DNA of 64,000 nt, taken from positions 54,666 through 118,665 of the forward strand of contig CAWCLM010000004.1 in NCBI GenBank assembly GCA_963796395.1, read 5' to 3'. Below are positions 38,374 to 47,677 of the stretch, one piece after another. Position numbers and translations under genes: made by a program. The number at the start of each line of letters is the position of its first letter. The first letter of the stretch is position 1. Source of the DNA: Sulfurovaceae bacterium. Lineage in GTDB: Bacteria; Campylobacterota; Campylobacteria; Campylobacterales; Sulfurovaceae. The notes below the pieces were generated by a model that did no database searches, was not told where the DNA came from, and was given only the letters and a program-made list of their open reading frames with translations.

Positions 38374-38967
38374 CTATAACTCCTTCTCATTCGATGAGAG
38401 CAACATCTCTAAAAATTTATGAATCTCTGTTTCAACATCAAAATCAAATAAACGTGAATCTACTATTAATCCTGTGGCAAATAAGATCAAAGTGCTTTCA
38501 TGTACCAACTTCTTTTCTGCTATCTCACCGCTATCTCTTCCTGCTTCTAATATTTGAGAAAGAATAACAGTAAATCTGTCATGACACTGCTGACTGAAAA
38601 GCAGCATCTCTTCAGGTTCATTGCTTAAAGAAATAGCGAGAAACTCTTTATAAACCTTAAGCTGCTTTCTTACTAATTCATCTTCAAAAAGAAGATAGAA
38701 AAATTGAAAAAGTTTCTCTTTAGTAGAGATCTGGGCATCTGATAATTCCAGTAACCTTCTTTCATGCTCTACAATGAATGTTGTGATGATCTCAAAAACA
38801 ATATCTTCTTTATTTTCAAAATACTCATAGATCGTTCCTTTTCCCACACCTGCAGTTTTTGCAATTTGAGAAATAGTAAGTGAATTTATCCCGTGTTCTA
38901 AGAGTAATTCTCTACAAGAAAGTGCAATATTTCTACGCTTTTCTTCTTTGTTTACAATGATCGCCAT
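38374..38967 (-). CDS. TetR family transcriptional regulator
   Basis: 197 aa with the N-terminal HTH LTISQIAKTAGVGKGTIYEYF. It abuts the tolC-like start. Confidence 0.9.
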   Translation of the reverse strand: MAIIVNKEEKRRNIALSCRELLLEHGINSLTISQIAKTAGVGKGTIYEYFENKEDIVFEIITTFIVEHERRLLELSDAQISTKEKLFQFFYLLFEDELVRKQLKVYKEFLAISLSNEPEEMLLFSQQCHDRFTVILSQILEAGRDSGEIAEKKLVHESTLILFATGLIVDSRLFDFDVETEIHKFLEMLLSSNEKEL

Positions 38968-38986
38968 AACATTCCTTTATAATGAC

Positions 38987-38999
38987 TGACCGTCGGTCA
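38987..38999. promoter_or_regulatory. candidate TetR operator (perfect 6-1-6 palindrome)
   Basis: TGACCG-T-CGGTCA lies 20 nt upstream of the tetR start codon, just 5' of its AAGGA RBS. Confidence 0.5.
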
Positions 39000-39135
39000 A
39001 TTAAAAAAGTATAGTACTTTTTCGTTTAAAAAAAGGTGAATAATACTAAAACAGAAATGAAAAAAGAAAATGAAGTGCTTAAGATTCTAGAATAGAAAGA
39101 ATTGTGTGGGTATGATATCGTGCAGGCTAAAGGGA

Positions 39136-39711
39136 TTAAAGTGTCTTTATCCCTTTAGCAACATCTTCTTCCAGCTGTCCAAACGCCCTATTCATTGATT
39201 CAACGACACTAGCAGCATCACTGCTTGTTGGTACAGTAGTACTAAAGAGTTTTGCTTTACGTTTCTCCGTACTTACATGTACTGCTTCCCAATTGGCATC
39301 AAGATAGACTTTATCTCCCTTAGCTATAAAACGTGTAATATCCACACTTACTTTTACATCTGGTACTCTGTCCAGATCCCAAGGATAGGCATAAACACTT
39401 GGTTGCTGAAATTTTTTCTGTAAAAAGCTTATGAGTCTTTGTGTCAATCCTGCATCGAGATCTTCTCCCCAGACCGCACCACTTAGCAAAGTGATCTGAC
39501 TTGATGTTTTTGCGACAGCGATTTCTCTTTTATACAGATAATCAGGAATCGTAACCTTCTTTACACCTATGCTTCTATTTTTATTTACATAGTGCATTGC
39601 AGGTTGAGGGGCTATTGAAAGGACATAATAATGACTGGATGTTATACAACCGCTCAAACCTAATAGTACTATAGGCATAAAAAGTGTTTTTATTTTTCTA
39701 CGAGTCAACAT
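39136..39711 (-). CDS. pqiC: PqiC/YmbA-like lipoprotein (ABC-type transport auxiliary component, DUF330)
   Basis: 191 aa with lipobox LSGC, directly downstream of pqiB. Confidence 0.65.
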   Translation of the reverse strand: MLTRRKIKTLFMPIVLLGLSGCITSSHYYVLSIAPQPAMHYVNKNRSIGVKKVTIPDYLYKREIAVAKTSSQITLLSGAVWGEDLDAGLTQRLISFLQKKFQQPSVYAYPWDLDRVPDVKVSVDITRFIAKGDKVYLDANWEAVHVSTEKRKAKLFSTTVPTSSDAASVVESMNRAFGQLEEDVAKGIKTL

Positions 39712-39747
39712 GTTGTGTCTCCCTTGTACTGTATTTAATTCGTGACA

Positions 39748-41394
39748 TTAGTTGTCTCCAAAGATAAGTGAATTTGGCTTTCTGTTAAGCATACGCAAGA
39801 ATACCTGCATCTCTTTAGATGTTTTTGTCAGTATTTCAAGTGTCTGTGCCAATTGTTCTTTGAAAAGAGAATCATTGTCGTAACCTTTCACAGCCTTTTG
39901 CGTACTCTTCAATGTACGGGTCATCTCTTTAAGTGCCTTATTTAATTCATCCGGTAAAACTTCAAATGATTTTTTACTTGTCAAAGCATTAATATTTTTC
40001 ACTGTTTTTTGTAAATCTTCCAGTAAAACATTTGCATTTTTAATTGGTTCAGCGCTCTCTTCGACTACTTTAGTCATAGATGCAAGAAGTTTCTCTAAAG
40101 GTAGATCGTTCAATTTATTAAGTATCTGACCTACACTATCCATTATACTGCCGGAATTTTGACTTGCCATTGGTAATTGTTCATACTCTCCGCCATGTAT
40201 AACAGTTCCATTTCCGTCTTGGTGCTTAAACGTCATATCTACATACAACATACCGGTAATTGGATCTAATGATGCTATTTTGGCACGTAAACCGTGTTCC
40301 ACTGCCTCATAAAAGTTATCTATACCAGTGGAATTCGTCTCATCAGCATCATCAAATACAGAAGTATCGACCCAAAGTAAGATCTTGGCTAGCATATTAT
40401 GTGTTTTTTTACTATAGGTAATATCAATACTTTCAACTTCGCCTATATTAAACCCGTTAAAACGTACAGGGGCATTTACATTTAATTTCGCTATCGAATC
40501 ATCATCGGTAACTAACATGAATTTTTTTATAAACTGTATCTGAGAACCAATGACCTGTCTGTCAGCCTCAGTTTTATTTTTAAAAAGTTTATAGATGTGG
40601 TCATTTGCTATAAGGTCTTCATCATTCTTTCCAGTAGAAGAAAATTCAATTCCTCCCTGTATTAAAGAGTTCATCGGTGCAATACTGACATCAAGGTTGC
40701 CTCTTGTAAAGTCAACATTTAGCGTACTTTTCATCCAAAACTTAGAATCATTATTAATATATGGTGTATATTTTTTATCAATAAACACAATAACCTCTAT
40801 GTTTTTTTCATTTAATCCAATATAGAGATATTCAACCTGACCTACTTTAATATTTTTAAAATAAACAGGTGTGCCCTCCGCTACACCCTCTCCATTAGGT
40901 GAAGTCAAATGAAAGTATTCTCCTTGAAGGTCATCCCTGTAGGCTTGTTCAAGACCTATAAACGTGTTGGTCAAACTTTTTCCGCCTGCTTTTGAATAGA
41001 CATTGATGTATGTTCCAGAAAGCAAGGTATCTAATCCGCTGACACCCGACAGACCAACTTCAGGTTTAACGATCCAAAATTTAGCATGCTCAGAAAGATA
41101 AGATCTGGACTCTTTGGTATTCATACGCACAACAACAATGACTCCCTCTGTTCCCTCTTCTACATAAATATCTGTTACTTTCCCTACAGGTACATTTTTA
41201 TACTTGACCACGCTCTGACCGGCAACCAAACCTTCATTTTGAGGAAAGATAATTTTAATCTCAGGTCCACGTTGAGAAAAATGCTGATATGCCAACCATC
41301 CCGCAATAAAGAGCGCAATGATAGGTACGATCCAAATAGAAGTGATAAGATTAAACTTCGAAGATTCTGTGATCTCTGGTATCTGTTTTGACAT
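39748..41394 (-). CDS. pqiB: PqiB, multi-MCE-domain intermembrane transport protein
   Basis: 548 aa with an N-terminal TM, three MCE-like repeats (..GQSVVKYKNVPVGKVT.., ..GTPVYFKNIKVGQVE.., ..NAPVRFNGFNIGEVE..) and a C-terminal helical needle region. Confidence 0.85.
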   Translation of the reverse strand: MSKQIPEITESSKFNLITSIWIVPIIALFIAGWLAYQHFSQRGPEIKIIFPQNEGLVAGQSVVKYKNVPVGKVTDIYVEEGTEGVIVVVRMNTKESRSYLSEHAKFWIVKPEVGLSGVSGLDTLLSGTYINVYSKAGGKSLTNTFIGLEQAYRDDLQGEYFHLTSPNGEGVAEGTPVYFKNIKVGQVEYLYIGLNEKNIEVIVFIDKKYTPYINNDSKFWMKSTLNVDFTRGNLDVSIAPMNSLIQGGIEFSSTGKNDEDLIANDHIYKLFKNKTEADRQVIGSQIQFIKKFMLVTDDDSIAKLNVNAPVRFNGFNIGEVESIDITYSKKTHNMLAKILLWVDTSVFDDADETNSTGIDNFYEAVEHGLRAKIASLDPITGMLYVDMTFKHQDGNGTVIHGGEYEQLPMASQNSGSIMDSVGQILNKLNDLPLEKLLASMTKVVEESAEPIKNANVLLEDLQKTVKNINALTSKKSFEVLPDELNKALKEMTRTLKSTQKAVKGYDNDSLFKEQLAQTLEILTKTSKEMQVFLRMLNRKPNSLIFGDN

Positions 41395-41994
41395 TTATCT
41401 GTTTTCCTTAATTAATGTTTCATCAAAGGCATGTGCTGCCAGTAACGTAAAAAATACTGAGATAGCGAAAGCTGTAGCAGCGGTACCTGCAAGGATCTCA
41501 ACACTGGATAAATGTATAAGTGCAGCAAGTATAGCAACAACAAAGACATCTATCATAGACCATGGTCCGATCACTTCAGTCATATAATACAATTTATGTT
41601 TATTTACTTTCTTATCTTTTCCAATAGGGTATTTTACACTAATTAACAGATAAATCAAGATAAGGAATTTCATTACAGGTATCATGATAGATGCAAAAAA
41701 TATAATAACAGCAACGGGGTATGATTCAAGTTCCCATAACAGTATGACACCTCCAAGTATCGTGCTTTCATCTTTGGTACCAAAAGCACTTGTCACCAAC
41801 ATAGGATAGAGGTTTGCAGGTATATATGCGATCATCGCAGTGATCAAGTACGCCCAAGATTTTTCTGTACTGAAGTTTCTATGCTGATAGATGGGGGATT
41901 CACAACGGCGACAAATGTTTTTCTTACCTTTATCTATGTTTACAGCACCACATACAGGACATCGTATCAGTTTATCTTCATCTACTTCTATCAT
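41395..41994 (-). CDS. pqiA: PqiA family membrane protein (second of two half-size genes)
   Basis: 199 aa with an N-terminal zinc ribbon CPVCG..CRRC followed by 4 TM helices. The stop abuts the pqiB start. Confidence 0.8.
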   Translation of the reverse strand: MIEVDEDKLIRCPVCGAVNIDKGKKNICRRCESPIYQHRNFSTEKSWAYLITAMIAYIPANLYPMLVTSAFGTKDESTILGGVILLWELESYPVAVIIFFASIMIPVMKFLILIYLLISVKYPIGKDKKVNKHKLYYMTEVIGPWSMIDVFVVAILAALIHLSSVEILAGTAATAFAISVFFTLLAAHAFDETLIKENR

Positions 41995-42635
41995 CTATTC
42001 CCATTTTTAAAAAAAATTCTTTTTCTTTGCATCCATAGTTCAAAAAGACTGATACGCTTAGTAATATATACATCTATTAGAATAAAAATCATTAATGCCC
42101 AAAATGCGATCCCAATATTTATCTGTCCGAATGCGATAAGTTTGACCAGTGCAACAAGGATACTGATAAAAAAGATATCTGCCATACTCCAAGGAGTGAT
42201 ATAAGAGAGTAATATCAAGAGCTCTTTTGTCATTTCGGCGCCACGCTCCAGCTTCAAAAGCGTAAATAGAAGTATATTTATCATCAATATCATCAAAGGA
42301 AAAACTAAAATAAGAAAGAGACAAAGAAACCCTACAAGATAAAATCCACTTTCAAACAAAGAAAAAATTGTTTTTGGCATCGTAATAAACTGTTCACTTC
42401 CCAATATATCTATCTGTATCAAAGGAAATGCATTGGCTAAAATAAAAAAGATCAATCCCGTAATGCTCATTGAGAGCCCATGGTTTACCAGTTTACTGTC
42501 ATAACGATAAAGTATGCCTCCACACTCTGTACAGCATGCCTTACTCCCATCTTGAATAGGTACTTCCTCGTGGAGTGTAAAACACTGCTGACAAATGATA
42601 AGATTATCAAGTTCATCTTCATTTTCAATTTTCAT
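41991..42635 (-). CDS. pqiA: PqiA family membrane protein (first of two half-size genes)
   Basis: 214 aa with zinc ribbon CQQC..CTECG followed by 4 TM helices. It overlaps the next gene by 4 nt. Confidence 0.8.
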   Translation of the reverse strand: MKIENEDELDNLIICQQCFTLHEEVPIQDGSKACCTECGGILYRYDSKLVNHGLSMSITGLIFFILANAFPLIQIDILGSEQFITMPKTIFSLFESGFYLVGFLCLFLILVFPLMILMINILLFTLLKLERGAEMTKELLILLSYITPWSMADIFFISILVALVKLIAFGQINIGIAFWALMIFILIDVYITKRISLFELWMQRKRIFFKNGNR

Positions 42636-42670
42636 AGATATAATTATAGCTGATAAATATAAGGACCCTC

Positions 42671-43348
42671 ATGCGTATCCTTTCTATTGGTAAAACCTTG
42701 CAACACAAAACACTGGATATTACTTCCATTGAAGTATCTGCACTTGAAACACATCCAAAAGTTGAAAACTATGATTACGTAATTATTTCCGGTGGTGACG
42801 GTAGTATAAGACGTGTAGTAAAAACTTTACAGGGCATACCACACGCATTTAAATTCATACTCAATCCTATTGGTTCTTTTAATGTAGTGGCCAAGCTTCA
42901 CAAAGTGCCAAAAATTGAAACAGTACTCAATAAATTAGCAAATAACGAAACACTCCAAATCCAAAAACAAAGCTATTATTCCCTCAACAATGAAGTTTTT
43001 CTTTTTTCAGCAGGAAACATGGGTGACCTGCAACATATTTTTCTTTCGGAGTCACTGCGTTTTGGTCTGATCCAAAATAATATGGGAAAATATATACTCG
43101 CCCTGTTCTTCTTACTCCCTTTTCACCTCATCATGACACCCTTTATGCTAATGAGTAAAAATCGTTTTTTTATCTTCACTCCTGCCTCTTTCATTAAAAA
43201 ATTCGGCAGTTTTTACGGAGAAGTGAAAGAGATGACGATTGAACTGGAGAATACCTATAACCATATAGAACTGGATGGGGATATCGTTACCATAGAGGAT
43301 GATCTCTTACGTATAAAGCCGGCTGGATGTATTCAAATCATCTCTTAG
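42671..43348 (+). CDS. diacylglycerol/lipid kinase catalytic-domain protein (short)
   Basis: 225 aa with the motif VIISGGDGSIRRVVKTL, typical of the DAGK_cat/YegS family. It is shorter than the usual ~300 aa. Confidence 0.45.
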   Translation: MRILSIGKTLQHKTLDITSIEVSALETHPKVENYDYVIISGGDGSIRRVVKTLQGIPHAFKFILNPIGSFNVVAKLHKVPKIETVLNKLANNETLQIQKQSYYSLNNEVFLFSAGNMGDLQHIFLSESLRFGLIQNNMGKYILALFFLLPFHLIMTPFMLMSKNRFFIFTPASFIKKFGSFYGEVKEMTIELENTYNHIELDGDIVTIEDDLLRIKPAGCIQIIS

Positions 43349-43375
43349 CTTGAGAGGTCTTACGTCTTCTTTACT

Positions 43376-44323
43376 CTATTTTGATTCTTTTCCCATGACT
43401 TTCTTATCTATCAACATGGCAAAAGGTATCTGCACGATGTAAGCGAACATGATCGGCAAGATAACAGAGATACCAAAGGTATTGATACTGAATGTAGAGA
43501 GGACCAGTGCCAGGGTTATATATCTTGTGACACTATACCAGAAGGCTGCTCTCTCCTGAGGTGACTCAAGGTTATAGATAAATTTAGCGAGAACATAACT
43601 GGCAAAATAAAAGACAACTACAGCAATGATCGATATAGGGATAAGCTCTGGTTCAAAATCGTAAAGTTCAAAGATCATTTGTGATTTTTGAAGTCCAAAC
43701 AAGTAAAAAAGAATGATGAAGAGACTGATATTGCTTATGTATTTTCGCTTTTCATTGATAAAGTTTTTTAGAGGCTCTATATAAATGACTACCCTACTCG
43801 CTACAAAAGGAATAATAATTAACAATGTGATGACAGCTTGGGCAAAATTTTCCAGGTTTCTATCATCTGAATAATACGATTCATCAAAGTACGTTGCCGT
43901 ATAGGTACCAAAAAGATGTAGCATTAACAAAGAGAGTGAAACAAAGACCAGGTTGATGAAGAGTAAAATAAACCCTATAGAGGTATCTGCACCGGATTTT
44001 TTGATCCAATTCATGACCATACCGCCTCCACTCAGTACTGCAAGCAAAAAGAGCCCTGCCGCTACACCATAATTTTTTGTCAGAAGTCCAATTATTAAAG
44101 CCATAAGAGGTAAAAGAATAAAATTTGTTAGTAAACTTTTTAGAATGACTGTTCTATATTGAAAAACAAGTTTTATATCCTGTAGTTTTACGTTAAAAAG
44201 TGTTGGCATGATCAAAGTCAATCCTGCAAAGAGACAAATATTAGAGCTAAAGATAAAACCGTCTGTAAATTTCCCGTAGATCAATCCCAGAACCGCACCA
44301 AACAATATAAGAACAATTTGCAT
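43376..44323 (-). CDS. polytopic membrane transporter, BASS/ACR3-fold-like
   Basis: 315 aa with ~10 TM helices. The segment LSGGGMVMNWIKKSGADTS resembles the ACR3/BASS signature region. The assignment is tentative. Confidence 0.4.
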   Translation of the reverse strand: MQIVLILFGAVLGLIYGKFTDGFIFSSNICLFAGLTLIMPTLFNVKLQDIKLVFQYRTVILKSLLTNFILLPLMALIIGLLTKNYGVAAGLFLLAVLSGGGMVMNWIKKSGADTSIGFILLFINLVFVSLSLLMLHLFGTYTATYFDESYYSDDRNLENFAQAVITLLIIIPFVASRVVIYIEPLKNFINEKRKYISNISLFIILFYLFGLQKSQMIFELYDFEPELIPISIIAVVVFYFASYVLAKFIYNLESPQERAAFWYSVTRYITLALVLSTFSINTFGISVILPIMFAYIVQIPFAMLIDKKVMGKESK

Positions 44324-44347
44324 TTATTTCCTTTTTCTTTTAAGAGA

Positions 44348-45631
44348 TCAAGTATCTATACCTGAATAATAATCAATTACCCTTTGATCGACATTAATGA
44401 CCCTATGCAGATACCTTGTCAGGTCGCCTCTATTGAAGTCAATTTTAAGATGTTTGGGATCTATCGCACGTGAAATGGCAACATAGAACTGGCTGGGGGC
44501 AAAAATGTTGTCTACATTACAGACAAGATTATCTATGCTCATACCTTGAGACTTATGTATGGTCACCGCATAGGCCAGCTTCAGAGGAAACTGTGAAAGC
44601 GTAGCCAAAGACATGGTCTCTACTGTACCATCTTCTTTAACGACCATATCCAACAGATCAAACTCATGTCGCTCAACACGAACGAACTCATCCTCTTTTT
44701 CTACAATGAGATGATCTTCTTCTATCTTTTTGAGAATGCCTCTTTCACCATTCACGAACTTTCCCCATTTATTTACAGTAAAAAGGATAGGTACGCCCTC
44801 TTTGAGTGTAAGTTGTTCTGAAATAGGCAGCATATTTTTCCACCCAGCCAGTTTTTTCTCATGTACCGCACCGAACATATCTATGTTCGCAAATAAAATA
44901 GTCTCTTCACTTTCAAGTTCATTGATCTTGGCTCTGTTGGTCTGCTCAACTTCCAGGTTACGTCCAAACAGATAGGTCGGATCTTTTTCTAGCGTCTCTG
45001 TGTTCCAAAGTTTTGTCATATAATTGACCACTTCCTCATCACACTCTCCTTTACGGACTTTAGAGAGGATATGTGTGAACTCTGCATCCGTGGTTCGCTT
45101 CATCTCTGTGAGTTCTATGACTGTGAGATCCAGGCGTTCCCAAGCCATACTTTCAAAAGCATAGAGTTTTTGACCAAAGACGTCGTTCCTATTTTGCTGC
45201 TTTTGTACCGGAGGAAGTTGAAAGAAATCTCCTACTAAAAGTACTTTTCCCAGGTATCCGTAATTGTTCAGTCTATATGCTATCATCTCCATAAGGTCTG
45301 TACTGACCATAGAGATCTCATCAATGATAATAAGATCTGTCGCTTTAAGTACCTTCTTTAGATCTGCAAGCCTTTTTTTGGCACGTTTATCACCTGCTGC
45401 CAATTCTTCAAAATTATTCGCAATGCCAAAGACAAAAAAGCTATGTACTGTGAAACCGCCGATGTTGACTGCACTTACACCCGTAGACCCCAAAGAGACC
45501 ACCTGTTTTCCTCTTTTTCGGTAGTCTGAAATAACCTCATTGGTAATATAACTTTTTCCTACCCCTGCACCTCCGGTTAAAAAAACATTAGAATGTTTCA
45601 GTGCTTCTAACACATCTACCTTATCACTCAA
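44348..45631 (-). CDS. Pif1/RecD-like SF1B DNA helicase
   Basis: 427 aa with Walker A GGAGVGKSY, motif II IIDEISMV, motif III LVGDFFQLPPV and motif V/VI ..VTIHKSQGMS... Its TTG start overlaps the upstream TGA stop. Confidence 0.85.
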   Translation of the reverse strand: MSDKVDVLEALKHSNVFLTGGAGVGKSYITNEVISDYRKRGKQVVSLGSTGVSAVNIGGFTVHSFFVFGIANNFEELAAGDKRAKKRLADLKKVLKATDLIIIDEISMVSTDLMEMIAYRLNNYGYLGKVLLVGDFFQLPPVQKQQNRNDVFGQKLYAFESMAWERLDLTVIELTEMKRTTDAEFTHILSKVRKGECDEEVVNYMTKLWNTETLEKDPTYLFGRNLEVEQTNRAKINELESEETILFANIDMFGAVHEKKLAGWKNMLPISEQLTLKEGVPILFTVNKWGKFVNGERGILKKIEEDHLIVEKEDEFVRVERHEFDLLDMVVKEDGTVETMSLATLSQFPLKLAYAVTIHKSQGMSIDNLVCNVDNIFAPSQFYVAISRAIDPKHLKIDFNRGDLTRYLHRVINVDQRVIDYYSGIDT

Positions 45632-46671
45632 AACCCAGCCTTGTCTATCATCCCACCTTGGCAGTGACTTCGTGTCTGTTTTCCTCTTTTTAAAAGCTCT
45701 CCTAAGTCATCGCTTCGTGATCCTAAATGTAACCAAAGCTCAGTAATGAGTCCCTTATTACATTTCAGCTCCACGCGTTTACCTGCACCTCTACCGAAAC
45801 TTCTGTCAAAAACACTACGTACCTGTTGAAGAGTCACATGTTTACCAATATGATTTCTAAAAAAATCACCCACTTTAGAATTATTCATCTGCTCTACCAT
45901 ACTGATGGCATCTTCATAATACCTGCTAGCATCCATACCATAACAGGTACCATGTTTGATCCATTCATGTTTATGCAGATTAGATGCGTATCCGGGCATG
46001 ACCTTTTGCAAACGCTTTCTTGTTTCAACATTCAGATCAAGATCCGGGAGTCTGTTCCACTGTTTATGTTTGTCCATTAAGATATAGTGTTTTTCCACTC
46101 CGCAATAGAGTCTATTCTTAGGCTGAGGCCATAATCCGTGAAGTACAAATTGTTTCTCACTGTAGTTAGGTCTACCAAAAGAGAACATACTTCTTTTACA
46201 CTCTTTTTTATACCTGTGTGTTTCACAAAAAGCATTGTGCCAGGAGAGTGTCAAAAGGTTTTGCTTGGAAATATTTTCATATTCATATTTATTAGTATGC
46301 TCTTTTTTATATTTTTTAGTATGTTTCGTGTTTAATGTACCTATAGATGTTTTTTGTAGTGCATCTTCTATCCTGGTTACTTTACTCTCTACGGGCTCTA
46401 CATTCATTGGGTTTCTTAACTCTTTGTCTTTGGAAAAACACTTCTCATCCACCCATCTTTGCGAAGGCTGTTCACCTTTGATGAGTATAAGGTTTTGCCC
46501 TTTATGGTGTTGAAGTATCGTATATTTTTTCGTAAGATCCAAATGCACATTATGTGTATTTTTAGTATGTTTCATATTGTTAAAAGCAGGACACTCTTTA
46601 CTTGGAGAGGCTTCATATCTTGCTAACACTAAAGAGGTAAAAAACATGAGTGCTAATAGGGTTTTATACAT
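45628..46671 (-). CDS. secreted RNase T2 family ribonuclease with ~130 aa N-terminal extension
   Basis: 347 aa with signal peptide MYKTLLALMFFTSLVLA. It has CAS I FVLHGLWPQ and CAS II HEWIKHGTC. Confidence 0.8.
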   Translation of the reverse strand: MYKTLLALMFFTSLVLARYEASPSKECPAFNNMKHTKNTHNVHLDLTKKYTILQHHKGQNLILIKGEQPSQRWVDEKCFSKDKELRNPMNVEPVESKVTRIEDALQKTSIGTLNTKHTKKYKKEHTNKYEYENISKQNLLTLSWHNAFCETHRYKKECKRSMFSFGRPNYSEKQFVLHGLWPQPKNRLYCGVEKHYILMDKHKQWNRLPDLDLNVETRKRLQKVMPGYASNLHKHEWIKHGTCYGMDASRYYEDAISMVEQMNNSKVGDFFRNHIGKHVTLQQVRSVFDRSFGRGAGKRVELKCNKGLITELWLHLGSRSDDLGELLKRGKQTRSHCQGGMIDKAGF

Positions 46672-46771
46672 TTCTAATACCTAAATTTTTTTGGGAGTAT
46701 TATACTGTAAAATAAAGTTCTAATCATTTAGTTCATCGTATCTATTAAAACTATTTTGATATGATGTCTAC

Positions 46772-47668
46772 ATGATATTCGATAATTTAGACAGACTACC
46801 TACAGACTTTGGCAGTAAACGAAAAGAACCTACTGTAAAATATCACTACCGTTCAAACATGATGCTCAATCCTCTCAATCTCAAACACCTGAACCGTATA
46901 GATGAGAATAATGCAGATATGATCACATTGAATCTTGAAGATGCCATCGCACCCTCTCGTAAAAAAGAGGCCTTACATAACATCGCTCTTTTTCTCTCAC
47001 ATATGGAATACTCAAACTCTTTCATCATCGTACGTACCAACCCTTTAGATGAAGGAGGTGCTGAAGAGATCACTTTTCTCAATGGTTTTGGCTTTGATGC
47101 TATACGTGTATCCAAGATAAAGAATCAAACAGAGATAGCCCAGGCACTCACGCTGCTTGATTCAGATAAAGAGTTACACATCTCCATGGAAACAAAAGAG
47201 GCTTTTGAGAGTTTATCTACACTTCGCATCGATGAACGTTTTACGACAGCGAACATAGGCATCTTGGATCTGCTTACCTCTCTTGGTTTGCCTCAGTCTT
47301 TAGTCTCACTGGGAAACCCAACTGTAGACTACATACTCTCCAAATTTTTGGTAGAGGCAAAAACTGCAGGTATTCATCCTATCTCATTTATGTTCCAGGA
47401 ATATAATGATACGCAGACCTTCAAAGCTTGGTGTGAAAGAGAGAAAATGATGGGGTTTGAAACTAAAGCATGCATGGGTCCGAAGCAGGTTCAGATAGCC
47501 AATAACATTTTTAGTATTAATAAATATGAAATTGAGCGTGCATTGCACATTAAAGAGGCTTTTGAAACCCATTCTGCACGAGGTATCAACGGATTCATGG
47601 ATGAAAAATATGGATTCATAGATGAGCCTATCTATCGGGATAGCCTATTGATACTAAATAATATATAA
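46772..47668 (+). CDS. HpcH/HpaI aldolase / citrate lyase beta (CitE)-like protein
   Basis: 298 aa. It has ..RSNMMLNP.. and the NLEDAIAP..K motif in the positions expected for CitE-like lyases. Confidence 0.55.
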   Translation: MIFDNLDRLPTDFGSKRKEPTVKYHYRSNMMLNPLNLKHLNRIDENNADMITLNLEDAIAPSRKKEALHNIALFLSHMEYSNSFIIVRTNPLDEGGAEEITFLNGFGFDAIRVSKIKNQTEIAQALTLLDSDKELHISMETKEAFESLSTLRIDERFTTANIGILDLLTSLGLPQSLVSLGNPTVDYILSKFLVEAKTAGIHPISFMFQEYNDTQTFKAWCEREKMMGFETKACMGPKQVQIANNIFSINKYEIERALHIKEAFETHSARGINGFMDEKYGFIDEPIYRDSLLILNNI

Positions 47669-47677
47669 GGCAATGTA

